From Planctomycetia bacterium (GTDB taxonomy: Bacteria; Planctomycetota; Planctomycetia; Pirellulales; UBA1268), in NCBI GenBank assembly GCA_037129475.1, contig JBAXUY010000005.1, positions 1-59,008 on the forward strand: a stretch of DNA of 59,008 nt. The letters run 5' to 3'. The notes beneath the pieces are model-generated. The model searched no databases. It was not told the origin of the DNA and saw only the letters and a list, made by a program, of their open reading frames with translations. The position numbers and the translations under genes are program-made. Position 1 is the stretch's first letter, and each line of letters starts with the position of its first letter. Positions 1 through 9,647 of this stretch are shown here, piece after piece.

Positions 1-360
<360 letters not shown>

Positions 361-364
<4 letters not shown>

Positions 365-735
365 GGCATCTCCCGCCGCGGTGGCCGAATCGGGCGCAGG
401 TAGGGGCGCATCTGGTCGAGCGTCGCCGGTCCGATGCCCGGCACGTCGAGCAGGGCTTCGAGCGTGGCGAACGGGCCGTGTGTGTCCCGATATGCGACGA
501 TCCTCGCCGCGGTCGCAGGACCCAGCCCCGGCAGCTGGGCGAGTTCGACGGCCGACGCGGTGTTGATGCTGGCGGTGAACGCCGCCTGCACCGCGGGGGG
601 CGCATCGTGGTCGACGAGCCGGTCCGCGGTGGCAAGCCACGTGAACGCCGCGAGCAGGAGCGCGGCCGCGATGCAGGCCACGAGCGGCTGCAGCCGGGCG
701 GGGATCGGGGCGGTGTCACCAGACGAGTCGGACAT
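361..735 (-). CDS. ComEA-like helix-hairpin-helix DNA-binding protein
   Basis: One N-terminal TM helix ([18 protein letters not shown]) is followed by tandem HhH motifs ([32 protein letters not shown]). I take the start at MSDSSGD (ATG 733-735) because the longer 264-aa ORF has an Arg/Ser/Ala-rich, non-protein-like extension. The stop TGA overlaps the uvrB ATG (ATGA). Confidence 0.7.
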
Positions 736-757
736 CGTGCTATAGGATACCGCCGCC

Positions 758-1702
758 ATGCCCGACCGCCTGCCGCCCACGTCGTCCGATTTTCGCCAGT
801 CCGCCTGGGGCGACGATCTCGCAGCCCATGTGGCCGCCAAGGCCCGCGAGTGGCTCGCCGAGGATCTGGGCCACGAGTGCGATTGGACGAGCGTGGCGAC
901 CGTCGCCCGGGATGCGTCTGCGCGGCTGAACGTGGTCTGCCGGCGGCCGGGAGTGATCGCCGGCCTCGATGCCGGCGGTGTCGTCGCCCGGGTCGCCGAC
1001 GAGCAACTCGACTGGCGGCCGCTCGTCGCCGACGGCGCCACCGTGCACAAGGGAGACGTGGTGGCGACACTCGCCGGCCCGACGCGCGCCGTTTTGGCCG
1101 CGGAGCGGGTGCTCTTGAACATGATCGGGCGGCTGTCCGGAGTGGCCACGGCCACGCGTCAACTCGTCGACGCCGTCGCCGGCACCGGCTGCCGGGTCTA
1201 CGACACGCGCAAGACCATTCCAGGGTGGAGGCTGCTCGACAAACTGGCCACCCGGCTCGGCGGCGGCTGGAACCATCGCATGGGCCTCTACGACGCGATT
1301 CTCGTCAAGGACAACCATCTGGCCGCGCTCGCCGCGCAGGGGCTCGGCCCCGCCGAGGCCGTTCGACAGGCGCGGGCGTTCGTCGCCCGCGCGTATCCGG
1401 CGGACCGGGCGGCCGCGACCGTCGTCGAAATCGAAGTCGACTCGCTGGCGCAACTCGCCGAGGTTTTGCCGACTGGCCCCGACATCGTCCTCCTCGACAA
1501 CATGTCGCTCGATGCGCTCGCCGAGGCCGTCGCGGTCCGCGACCGGCTTGGCGTCGCAGACGGACGGTCCGTGATCCTCGAGGCCTCCGGAGGCATTCGC
1601 CCCGACACGATCCGTCGAATCGCGGAAACGGGGGTTGATCGCGTGAGCAGCGGGTGGCCGACGCACGACGCCCCGTGGCTCGACGTGGCCCTCGACTGGT
1701 AG
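758..1702 (+). CDS. nadC: Nicotinate-nucleotide (quinolinate) pyrophosphorylase
   Basis: Motifs AERVLLNMIGRLSGVAT, YDTRKTIPGWRLLDK, GGGWNHRMGLYDAILVKDNH, VLLDNMS and EASGGI are typical of QPRTase. Confidence 0.9.
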   Translation: MPDRLPPTSSDFRQSAWGDDLAAHVAAKAREWLAEDLGHECDWTSVATVARDASARLNVVCRRPGVIAGLDAGGVVARVADEQLDWRPLVADGATVHKGDVVATLAGPTRAVLAAERVLLNMIGRLSGVATATRQLVDAVAGTGCRVYDTRKTIPGWRLLDKLATRLGGGWNHRMGLYDAILVKDNHLAALAAQGLGPAEAVRQARAFVARAYPADRAAATVVEIEVDSLAQLAEVLPTGPDIVLLDNMSLDALAEAVAVRDRLGVADGRSVILEASGGIRPDTIRRIAETGVDRVSSGWPTHDAPWLDVALDW

Positions 1703-1721
1703 TGTCCCGAGGCTGCGGAAG

Positions 1722-1742
1722 CCCCTGTTTTCACGGGGTTTT
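1722..1742 (+). terminator. Weak hairpin plus T-run after nadC
   Basis: cccc-tgttttcac-gggg followed by tttt, about 20 nt after the nadC stop. The stem is short (4 bp), so this is weak. Confidence 0.2.
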
Positions 1743-1774
1743 GGGCGACAGTGGGAAAAATTGCGGGCTGCTGC

Positions 1775-1804
1775 TTGACAGGTTGGAGCGACCCTGCATA
1801 TTCT
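1775..1804 (+). promoter_or_regulatory. Sigma70-like promoter candidate (TTGACA-N18-TATTCT)
   Basis: A perfect -35 hexamer TTGACA lies at 1775-1780, with a TAtxxT-type hexamer 18 nt downstream. It sits in the 395-nt intergenic region upstream of the PEP-CTERM gene. This is motif reading only. Confidence 0.25.
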
Positions 1805-2097
1805 TCGTGTGGCGGCGGAAAACAGGTTTCAGCCGCGTTCTTTCTCGTAATTAGGCAGTCCGCTCGTGAGTTCCTCAGGCCGCGTTCGTCCCGGATTCCG
1901 GGCACGTGGTCGAAGTTGAGCCGAGTTTCAGGACCTTCGCCTTTTTCTGTCTCACTTCGACTGGTTGCCCGGTGTCGTCCGTCCTGTGATGGCAGACGTC
2001 GACTCCGGGCAGGTTCGCAGGGACTTTCGAGCCCTTTCTTCGAGAGTACGGCCGGGGGAATTCATGGTCGGTGCCCGCAGCGCAAGGGGGCGTCGTC

Positions 2098-2961
2098 ATG
2101 TCTGGGAACAACCAGTTCGGCAGGAACCACGAAAGCCGTCGCACGGCCAGTGCCGTCGCGAGGCGTGCCTTGGCCGTGGGCCTCGCCGTCGTGTGCACGC
2201 TCTGTCCTTGCCTGCGGGCGCAGGCCGAGACGCTGACATCCGCCGCCTACCGCATCGACATCGCCAACAACCTCGTGTGGTACGACAACCAGGGGCAGCC
2301 GATCGTGCAGGCGACGGCCTCGCGGCTCTCGGTGCTTCAGCGTTGGAACCTGCAGTCGCAGCCGAACGTGCGGATCACGAATACGTCGAGCGACATCTCC
2401 CTCGTCGGCGTCCAACTCGACCTGAGCAACTCGGCGTCGAAGATCATCTCCTGCACCTGGCTCGAAACGCCCGGGCAGGCGGATTGGAACTGGAATGATT
2501 CCACGGCATCGGCGTATTTCCAGTTTCTCGATCCGATCGCACCGGGCGGCGTCGTGAGCATGCGGTTGGGAACGGCAGCTCGGACCAGCGATCCGTCCGG
2601 GATCATGCTGGCTTCGAGTGGAGCAAATCTCACGTACACGATGAATCAGTCCTTCTTCCACCCCTGCATCGCCGGGTGCGTCGATACCAACATGGGCTAC
2701 GGGGAGTTCACGGTCTTCTCCCGGCCCGCCTCCGACACCGCGCCGCCGGTGTTCGATCCGACGGGCCTGCCAGTCGGAGATACCATCGTGCAGCAGACGG
2801 TGAACCTCGGCGACTATCCGTTGACGTCGGCCGACATCAATGATCCCGCATCCGGCACATCGACGATCGTTCCGGTTCCGGAACCCCACACGATCGCCCT
2901 GGCCGCGTCTGCGGCGGCCGTCGTGGCGGCCCGATTCCTGGGTCGGCGCCGCGCCGCCTGA
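2098..2961 (+). CDS. Secreted PEP-CTERM-anchored protein of unknown function
   Basis: It has an N-terminal signal-like region (ALAVGLAVVCTLCPCLRAQA). The C-terminus is VPEPHTIALAASAAAVVAARFLGRRRAA, i.e. a PEP motif, a TM helix and an Arg cluster. The start could be 2071 or 2098. Confidence 0.75.
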   Translation: MSGNNQFGRNHESRRTASAVARRALAVGLAVVCTLCPCLRAQAETLTSAAYRIDIANNLVWYDNQGQPIVQATASRLSVLQRWNLQSQPNVRITNTSSDISLVGVQLDLSNSASKIISCTWLETPGQADWNWNDSTASAYFQFLDPIAPGGVVSMRLGTAARTSDPSGIMLASSGANLTYTMNQSFFHPCIAGCVDTNMGYGEFTVFSRPASDTAPPVFDPTGLPVGDTIVQQTVNLGDYPLTSADINDPASGTSTIVPVPEPHTIALAASAAAVVAARFLGRRRAA

Positions 2962-3134
2962 GCGTAAAGGTGGGCTGGCTGCGGTGGATGTGGCAAGGGT
3001 GCGGGAAGGCACGCCGCTGCCGGTCGGGCAAACCTTGCGGGTTTTTCTCATCGTGCGGTCGGCCTCGGGCCGATCACGAAGTCGGAGTCGGCCGGGTTCA
3101 GGCCGGCCGCTTCCGGCTCTCAGGATGACGAACC

Positions 3135-4229
3135 ATGCGTGGCATTGTTCAACGACTCGGCGAAGCAGTTGGCCGGCTGGTGCTGGCCCTCGTCGCCGTG
3201 TCCCTGCCGTTCGCCGCCTCGGCGAACGATGACGTCGAAGCGATCGTGATGCCCGAAGACGCGGTATGCCCGCCGGCGACCGGCGCGCTGCCGACGGTCG
3301 ACTGCCCGCCGCGATTCGTGTTCGGAGCCGACTACCTGCTGCTGCGGCCGTCGTTCAGCAACTCCACGGCCCTGTATCAGGCGACCGCCGTGGGCGGGCA
3401 GTCGATCGCGCTCTCGCCGGTCAACTACGACTTCGGCTACGCCAGCGGCGTCCGCGGCTTCATCGGCTACAACTTTTCCGACGACACACTCGGGCGATTC
3501 AGCTACCTCGGCATCGATGCGGCCACGTCCGTCGCCGGCACCGCGACGGGCAACTATGTCGGTGGCAACGGCACGGCCTACGTCGGTCCGTTCTACACCG
3601 AGGCCCTCCCGCCGACGGCGTCGATCACGTCGACCGCCAATGTCAGTCTCGACCTCTACGACCTGGAGCTCGCCCGCCGCTTCGAGATCGACACCGAAAC
3701 CGACGGCGCCACTCGCTGGGATACGGCCGGATCCGCGGGCATCCGCTTCATGGATTCATCCGTCGCCACGACGGTCGACAACTACTGCCCGCTCTGTCCC
3801 AACTACCTGGTCACCACGAAACGGGTATTCCATGGGGTGGGGCCGCGGCTCGCGATCCAGGGCCGCCGCTATCTCGGGCCGGCGCGCCGCTGGAGCGCGT
3901 TCGCCACCGGCGGCGCCGCCCTGCTCGTCGGCAGCTACTCGAACGTCGACACCCGGTTCACGAAGGTCGTCAACCTGCTCGAAACGCAGTCGACGGGTGG
4001 CACGCTGGTCGTCCCCAATTTCGACATCGCCCTCGGCACGAGTTGGCAATGGGGCCCGCGAACGAGCATCTCAGCCGGCTGGATGCTGATGTTCTTCGGG
4101 AATCTGGGCTATTCCGAGACGATCGACACCAACGGCATCAATGCGGGAGCCGTCGCGACCAGCGTCCCGCTGACGAACTCGAGCCTGGCATACGATGGTG
4201 CGTTTTTCCGGCTGACGCACTCGTTTTGA
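3135..4229 (+). CDS. Putative outer-membrane beta-barrel protein
   Basis: It has a signal peptide (LVLALVAVSLPFAASAND), a Gly/Tyr/Ser/Thr-rich alternating pattern, and a C-terminal ...AYDGAFFRLTHSF ending in an aromatic residue, as in OMP beta-signals. Confidence 0.6.
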   Translation: MRGIVQRLGEAVGRLVLALVAVSLPFAASANDDVEAIVMPEDAVCPPATGALPTVDCPPRFVFGADYLLLRPSFSNSTALYQATAVGGQSIALSPVNYDFGYASGVRGFIGYNFSDDTLGRFSYLGIDAATSVAGTATGNYVGGNGTAYVGPFYTEALPPTASITSTANVSLDLYDLELARRFEIDTETDGATRWDTAGSAGIRFMDSSVATTVDNYCPLCPNYLVTTKRVFHGVGPRLAIQGRRYLGPARRWSAFATGGAALLVGSYSNVDTRFTKVVNLLETQSTGGTLVVPNFDIALGTSWQWGPRTSISAGWMLMFFGNLGYSETIDTNGINAGAVATSVPLTNSSLAYDGAFFRLTHSF

Positions 4230-4259
4230 CCGGCGGCCGGCGGGCGTGCCGCTTCGGGG

Positions 4260-4454
4260 CTACACGCCGAGCAGGCGGTTGCGCTTCGTGCGACGCTCGG
4301 CCCGCAGGCGGGCGCGGCGCTTGGTCTCGCTGGGCTTCTCGAAGAACTCACGGCGACGCATCTCCTTCTTGATGCCGCTGCGTTCCACCAACTTCCGAAA
4401 GCGGCGGACCGCCTCTTGGATGCTTTCGCGATCTCTGACCGTGAGCTTGACCAT
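4260..4454 (-). CDS. rpsU: 30S ribosomal protein S21
   Basis: [64 protein letters not shown] (64 aa) is the classic S21 sequence. The longer 113-aa ORF extension is rejected. Confidence 0.9.
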   Translation of the reverse strand: MVKLTVRDRESIQEAVRRFRKLVERSGIKKEMRRREFFEKPSETKRRARLRAERRTKRNRLLGV

Positions 4455-4642
4455 GTCGTTCCTGGGGCGAATGGGAGCAAATCGAGCCCCTGAGGGTAGC
4501 GGCCGCCGGCCAGAAAGTCCATAACGTCGCGGCCGCGCCCGGCGGTCAGGCCGTCGAGCCCCGCGCCGGCGATTTGCCGGGGAGGCGGACGGCCTCCACA
4601 ATGCGGCCCCGCGGGCCGCCGCGTCTCCAAGGCCGATCCACC

Positions 4643-6145
4643 ATGCACCACGCTCTTTTCATCGCGGAAATCACGGGCTCCAGCGTTTTCGCGGTGCCCT
4701 GGGGGGCCGAAGTCGTCGGCGCGGTCGTGTCGGCGGCGTTCGTCTGCCCCCTCCTGCCGCGTGGACGTCGCTGGCTGGCCTGGATGCCGCTGACCCTGGT
4801 CGCGGGAGCCCTGCTCGTGGCCGCGGGTGCCGCGGCGTTCCCGGGAAGCAGCCCGGTGGTGGCTGGTTTCGTGCGGTTCTTCGCGATCGCCGCGATCCTG
4901 CAGTGCCTCGTGCTGTTCGTCGCCGTCTCGATCTGGGAGTGGTTTGCGGCGCCGCTTCCCAAGATCTTTCTCGACGTGATGCGGTGGCTCGCGTTCGCGG
5001 TGGCGATCCTCGTCGTGGCCTGGGAGGCCGGAGTCGACGCGGGTGAGTTGCTGACCGGCTCCGCACTCGTCACCGCCGTGCTCGGGTTTGCGCTCAGGGA
5101 CACGCTCGGCAACGTGTTCGCCGGCCTGGCGATTCATGCCGAGCATCCGTTCGAGATCGGTGATTGGATCCAGTATGACGCCAATCCGGCCCACATCGGC
5201 CGCGTGGTGGAGATCAACTGGCGGGCCACGAAGGTGCTCACGCTCGACGAGGCGTTCGTGATCATCCCCAACGGGCAGCTCGCCCAGGCGTCGATCCGCA
5301 ACTTCACGAAGCCCGAGCCCTGGTCGCGGCGCTCGCTGTTCGTCATCACGCCGTACGACGTGCCGCCGCAGCGGGTGCAGGCGATCATCCTCGACGCGAT
5401 CCGGGGGAGTTTCGGCGTGCTCGAGCACCCCGCCCCGTCGGTCGTGACCAGCGATTTCAAGGAACGCGGCGTCGAGCACTGGGTGCGGCTGTTCACGACG
5501 GAGTTCGGCAAGCGAGACCGCGTCGACGGCATGGCCCGCGATCGCATCTGGTACGCCCTCGCCCGGCACGGCATCGAAATTCCGGTGGCGACCCAGGCGA
5601 TCCGGCTCACCCAGCTGCCGACGCCCGCCGCGGAGCCACCCCAGTCCGCGGCGGAGCGGCGCGAACGCTGCCTGCGGCAGGTCGGGCTGCTCGCCGCGCT
5701 CGGCCCCGCCCACCTGCACGGGCTCGCCGCGGACACCGTCGACCGCGTCTACGCGGCAGGCGAGCAGGTCATCCGGCAGGGCGACTCCGGGAGCTGCATG
5801 TTCGTGGTCATGGAGGGCCGGGTGGAGGTCACGGCCGCCGCCGAGCATACCGCCCCGGTCCGGGTCGCCACGCTCGAAGCCGGCGACTACTTCGGCGAAA
5901 TGTCGCTCATGACCGGTGCTCCGCGGGTGGCGACGGTGACCGCGCTCGTCGAGACGCGGCTTCTCGAAGTCGGCAAGGAATCGTTCGGCCGTGTGTTGAC
6001 GGCGCAGCCCGCGCTCGTGGAGCGACTCGGCGCGGCGCTCCGTGAACGGCAGGTCGACCGCGATCAGGCGATCGCCGGCGCGGAGCGGACGGTGCCGGAA
6101 GAGCAGGACGTGTTCCGGAAGATTCGTGACTTCTTCGCGGTGTGA
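4643..6145 (+). CDS. MscS-family mechanosensitive channel with a C-terminal cyclic-nucleotide-binding domain
   Basis: Several TM helices are followed by the MscS core ([27 protein letters not shown]...[16 protein letters not shown]). A cNMP-binding domain follows ([17 protein letters not shown]...[21 protein letters not shown]). The start is uncertain (4574 or ATG 4643). Confidence 0.85.
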   Translation: MHHALFIAEITGSSVFAVPWGAEVVGAVVSAAFVCPLLPRGRRWLAWMPLTLVAGALLVAAGAAAFPGSSPVVAGFVRFFAIAAILQCLVLFVAVSIWEWFAAPLPKIFLDVMRWLAFAVAILVVAWEAGVDAGELLTGSALVTAVLGFALRDTLGNVFAGLAIHAEHPFEIGDWIQYDANPAHIGRVVEINWRATKVLTLDEAFVIIPNGQLAQASIRNFTKPEPWSRRSLFVITPYDVPPQRVQAIILDAIRGSFGVLEHPAPSVVTSDFKERGVEHWVRLFTTEFGKRDRVDGMARDRIWYALARHGIEIPVATQAIRLTQLPTPAAEPPQSAAERRERCLRQVGLLAALGPAHLHGLAADTVDRVYAAGEQVIRQGDSGSCMFVVMEGRVEVTAAAEHTAPVRVATLEAGDYFGEMSLMTGAPRVATVTALVETRLLEVGKESFGRVLTAQPALVERLGAALRERQVDRDQAIAGAERTVPEEQDVFRKIRDFFAV

Positions 6146-6933
6146 CCGCTGCTGCCCGGAGACCACCCCCGATGCGGATCGAACTTCTCCCCTCGAGCGT
6201 CCCCGTGGCTGACGGGCAGTTCCTCACGTCGTACCTCGTGAACGACGAAGTGGCGATCGACGCCGGATCGCTCGGCCTGCTCGCCGACCTCCGCCGGCAG
6301 CGACGGGTGCGACACGTGTTCATCACGCACGAGCACCTCGATCACGTCGCCACGCTGCCGATCTTCCTGGAGAACGTCTACGATCCCGGCCCCGACAGCG
6401 TCGAGCTGCTCGCGTCCCCCGGCGTGCTCGACGGCCTGCGTGCCGACATCTTCAACGGCCGGGTGTGGCCCGACTTCTTCGAACTCTCCCGGCCGGACGA
6501 CGCATTCGTGACCGCCACGGCCCTCGAACCGGCGGTGCTCGTGCGGCGGGCCGGTCTGACCATCACGCCGGTGCCGGTCTCGCACGGCAACGACACGCTC
6601 GGGCTCGTCGTCGACGACGGGGCGTCGGCCGTGGCCTTTCCCTCCGACACCGGGCCCACCGACGCGCTCTGGCGGCACCTGGCCGCCATCCCCACCCTGC
6701 GGGCCGTGTTCCTCGAAGCGACGTTTCCGAACAGCCTCGCCTGGCTCGCCACCGAGACCGGGCACCACTGCACGGCCACGTTCGCCGCGGAACTTCCCAA
6801 GCTCGCCCGCGACGTCCGCTGGCTCGTCGTCCACCGGAAGCCCCGCTACGCGGCCGAGATCGCCCGCGAAATCGCCGCCCTCGGCCTCCCCAACGTCGAG
6901 CTCATGCAGCCCGGACGGGTGTACGAGTTTTGA
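6142..6933 (+). CDS. Class-II 3',5'-cyclic-nucleotide phosphodiesterase-like metallo-beta-lactamase-fold hydrolase
   Basis: FITHEHLDHVATLPIFLEN matches the class-II PDE signature HxHLDH[LIVM]. The start is either GTG 6142, overlapping the MscS stop (GTGA), or ATG 6172 (MRIELLPS). Confidence 0.7.
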   Translation: MTAAARRPPPMRIELLPSSVPVADGQFLTSYLVNDEVAIDAGSLGLLADLRRQRRVRHVFITHEHLDHVATLPIFLENVYDPGPDSVELLASPGVLDGLRADIFNGRVWPDFFELSRPDDAFVTATALEPAVLVRRAGLTITPVPVSHGNDTLGLVVDDGASAVAFPSDTGPTDALWRHLAAIPTLRAVFLEATFPNSLAWLATETGHHCTATFAAELPKLARDVRWLVVHRKPRYAAEIAREIAALGLPNVELMQPGRVYEF

Positions 6934-6951
6934 CGGCCAACGGCCGCCGCG

Positions 6952-8817
6952 TCACTTGGCCCGGCTTTGGCGCTTGCGGTCGTGCTCGGAGAGGAGGATC
7001 TTGCGGAGCCGGATCACGTCGGGCGTCACCTCGACGAGCTCGTCTTCCTCGATGTATTCGAGCGCTTCCTCGAGCGACATCCGGCGTGGCGGCTTCAAGA
7101 GGATGTTGCGGTCGCTGCCGCTGGCCCGCATGTTCGTGAGTTTCTTTTCCTTCGTCGGGTTTACGATCATGTCCTCGCTGCGGGCGTTCTCGCCGCACAC
7201 CATGCCCTCGTAGACCTCGTCACCCGGGGCGATGAACAGATCGGCCCGCTCCTGGAGACCGTCGAGACCGAACGCCACCGCCTTGCCCGGCACCATCGAG
7301 ATGAGCACGCCGTTGGGACGGCCGGCCACGTCCCCCTCCATGGGCGCCCACTTCTCGAAACGGTGGTGCATGATCGCCGTGCCCTGCGTGGCGTTGAGCA
7401 CGCGGGTGCGGAGGCCGATCAGGCCGCGGGCGGGGATCGAAAACACGGCGTGGGCGAACTCGCCGCGGTTGCCCATGTGCACGAGCTGCCCGCGGCGCGA
7501 ACCGGTGAGCTCCATCACGGGCCCGAGCTTGTCGTGCGGAACCTCGACGACGAGCGTCTCGAACGGCTCGTAGACCGTGTCGCCTTCCTTGCGGAGGATC
7601 ACCTTCGGCTTGCCGACGGAAATCTCGAATCCTTCCCGCCGCATCGTCTCGATGAGCACGGAGAGGTGGAGGAGGCCGCGGCCCGCGACGGCGAACTGCT
7701 CGGTGCCCTCGATCGGCTCCACCCGCAGGGCCACGTTCCTCTCCAGCTCCTTGTCGAGCCGGTCGCGGAGGTGGCGCGTGGTGAGAAACTTGCCCGACTT
7801 GCCGACCAGCGGCGAGGTGTTGATGCCGAACACCATCGACAGCGTCGGCTCGTCCACGGTCAGCCGGGGGAGCGGCCGGGGGTCGATCGCGTCGCAGATC
7901 GTGTCGCCGATCTCGACGTCCTCGATGCCGCTCACGGCCGCGATGTCGCCGGCCGTCACCTCCTCGACGTCGATGCGACCGAGCTTGTCGAACGACTGCA
8001 CGCCGACGAGTTTCGCCGGCAGGAGCGTGCCCGCCGCGGTTGAGCGGACGACGGCCGAGCCCTTGGTGAGCGTGCCCGACTCGACCCGGCCGATGGCAAT
8101 CCGGCCCACGTAGTCGGACCAGTCGAGCGTGGTCACGAGCACCCGCAGAGGGGCCGTCGGATCGACGGCCGGCCCCGGGATCTTCTCGAGCACGAGGTCG
8201 AGGAGCGGCTGCATCGTCCCCTCGCGGACGGCGGGGTCGTGCGAGGCGTAGCCGCCGCGGCTCGAGGCGTAGACGAAGGGAAAGTCGGCCAGGTCGTCGT
8301 CGGCGCCGAGTTCCAGGAAGAGCCCCAGGATCTCGTCGAGCACCTCCAGGGGCCGGGCGTCGGGCCGGTCGATCTTGTTGACGACGACCACCGGCCGCAG
8401 CCGGCACTCGAGCGCCTTCGAGAGCACGAACCGCGTCTGGGGCATCGGCCCCTCGGCCGCGTCGACGAGCACCAGGGCGCCGTCGGCCATCCGCAGAACC
8501 CGCTCCACCTCGCCGCCGAAGTCGGCGTGGCCGGGCGTGTCCATGATGTTGATCTTCGTGCCCTTCCACTCCACCGCGATGTTCTTGGCGAGGATCGTGA
8601 TGCCCCGCTCGCGCTCGAGGTCGTTGGAGTCGAGGATCCGTTCCCCCGTGAGTTGGCTGGCCCGGAACTGGCCGCTCTGGCGGAGCAGGCAGTCGACGAG
8701 CGTCGTCTTGCCGTGGTCGACGTGGGCGATGATCGCGATGTTGCGGATGTCGGCGCGGCGTTCGAGTGCGGCGAGACCGGAAGCGGGGGCAGGTGCGGAG
8801 GCGGGCATGGGGCTCAT
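6952..8817 (-). CDS. typA: Translational GTPase TypA/BipA
   Basis: [38 protein letters not shown] and the C-terminal ...[37 protein letters not shown] are diagnostic of BipA. Confidence 0.95.
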   Translation of the reverse strand: MSPMPASAPAPASGLAALERRADIRNIAIIAHVDHGKTTLVDCLLRQSGQFRASQLTGERILDSNDLERERGITILAKNIAVEWKGTKINIMDTPGHADFGGEVERVLRMADGALVLVDAAEGPMPQTRFVLSKALECRLRPVVVVNKIDRPDARPLEVLDEILGLFLELGADDDLADFPFVYASSRGGYASHDPAVREGTMQPLLDLVLEKIPGPAVDPTAPLRVLVTTLDWSDYVGRIAIGRVESGTLTKGSAVVRSTAAGTLLPAKLVGVQSFDKLGRIDVEEVTAGDIAAVSGIEDVEIGDTICDAIDPRPLPRLTVDEPTLSMVFGINTSPLVGKSGKFLTTRHLRDRLDKELERNVALRVEPIEGTEQFAVAGRGLLHLSVLIETMRREGFEISVGKPKVILRKEGDTVYEPFETLVVEVPHDKLGPVMELTGSRRGQLVHMGNRGEFAHAVFSIPARGLIGLRTRVLNATQGTAIMHHRFEKWAPMEGDVAGRPNGVLISMVPGKAVAFGLDGLQERADLFIAPGDEVYEGMVCGENARSEDMIVNPTKEKKLTNMRASGSDRNILLKPPRRMSLEEALEYIEEDELVEVTPDVIRLRKILLSEHDRKRQSRAK

Positions 8818-8848
8818 GGCGGGGTGAAGCGGCGGGAACCCCGATTAT

Positions 8849-9247
8849 TCAGGAACCGCGGACCGTTGCATAGAGCCGATCGATGAGCGTTTCGCGTGTT
8901 TCGGCGGCCGTGCCGGTCGCGATTCCCACGCGCAACCGGGGCTCCTCGCCCGCAGCCGCGAGCGATCCCGCCGCGGCCGCGGCTGCGGCGGGATCGCTAA
9001 ACACCGCGAGAAGTTCATCCCCGCCGAGCCGAGCCACGAGCAGCGCCGCCGTGGCGGCCTGGCACAGCCGCGCCGCCGCAGCCCGCAACAGATCGTCACC
9101 CGCCAAAAACCCCAGCGTCTCGTTCGCCCGCTTGAGCCCGACGACGTCGACGATCACGAACGCCACGTCGGCGAGCGATTCACGCGTGTTGAGCCACGCC
9201 TCGAAATCCCCTCGCGACGCCAATCCTGTCACGTGATCGGTTGCCAT
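8849..9247 (-). CDS. Stand-alone minimal GGDEF-domain protein (GGDEL variant)
   Basis: MATDHVTGLASRGDF...VIVDVVGLKRANETLGFLAGDDLL...ARLGGDELLAVF...RVGIATG follows the GGDEF-domain order of motifs. There is no sensor domain and no RxxD I-site. The start is set at ATG 9245-9247 because the longer ORF reads through tRNA-Ala. Confidence 0.6.
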   Translation of the reverse strand: MATDHVTGLASRGDFEAWLNTRESLADVAFVIVDVVGLKRANETLGFLAGDDLLRAAAARLCQAATAALLVARLGGDELLAVFSDPAAAAAAAGSLAAAGEEPRLRVGIATGTAAETRETLIDRLYATVRGS

Positions 9248-9263
9248 GGGCGAGAAGACCAGA

Positions 9264-9296
9264 GGTCTGCAGGGGCCGTGGATGGCCCTGCAGACC
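9264..9296 (-). terminator. Strong hairpin between tRNA-Ala and the GGDEF gene
   Basis: ggtctgcagg(g)gcc-gtggat-ggccctgcagacc forms a stem of about 13 bp with one bulge, immediately downstream (minus strand) of tRNA-Ala. There is no clean U-tract. Confidence 0.3.
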
Positions 9297-9303
9297 CCGA
9301 AGA

Positions 9304-9377
<74 letters not shown>

Positions 9378-9387
9378 AAAAACCGAA

Positions 9388-9461
9388 TGCGCGCGCCAAG
9401 ATTCGAACTTGGGACCTCTACCTTATCAGGGTAGCGCTCTAACCAACTGAGCTACGCGCGC
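9388..9461 (-). tRNA. tRNA-Ile (anticodon GAT)
   Basis: The reverse complement is GCGCGCGTAGCTCAGTTGGTTAGAGCGCTACCCTGATAAGGTAGAGGTCCCAAGTTCGAATCTTGGCGCGCGCA. The anticodon loop is CTGATAA and the arms are canonical. Confidence 0.95.
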
Positions 9462-9647
9462 CCGTGGTGAACCGGACGGGCAGGCGGGCTGTTTCGTCCG
9501 ACTGCCGGGATCGAGTGTAGGTCTGGCGGAGAGGTTTTAAAAGGGGCCGCGGTCACCGTGCGGTGGCGGAATGGCCGCAAAATGGCGCTGGCGCCGCCGG
9601 CCGTTCCCGGTATTTTTCAGGGGTCACTCCAGGAAGGAACCCCAGCC

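Noticed and set aside
4109-6166. 685-aa minus-strand ORF covering the MscS region
   Set aside because: It is antisense to a gene with clear MscS and cNMP-binding motifs. The translation is Arg/Gly/Pro/His-rich with no recognisable motif, which is the typical shadow ORF of high-GC DNA.
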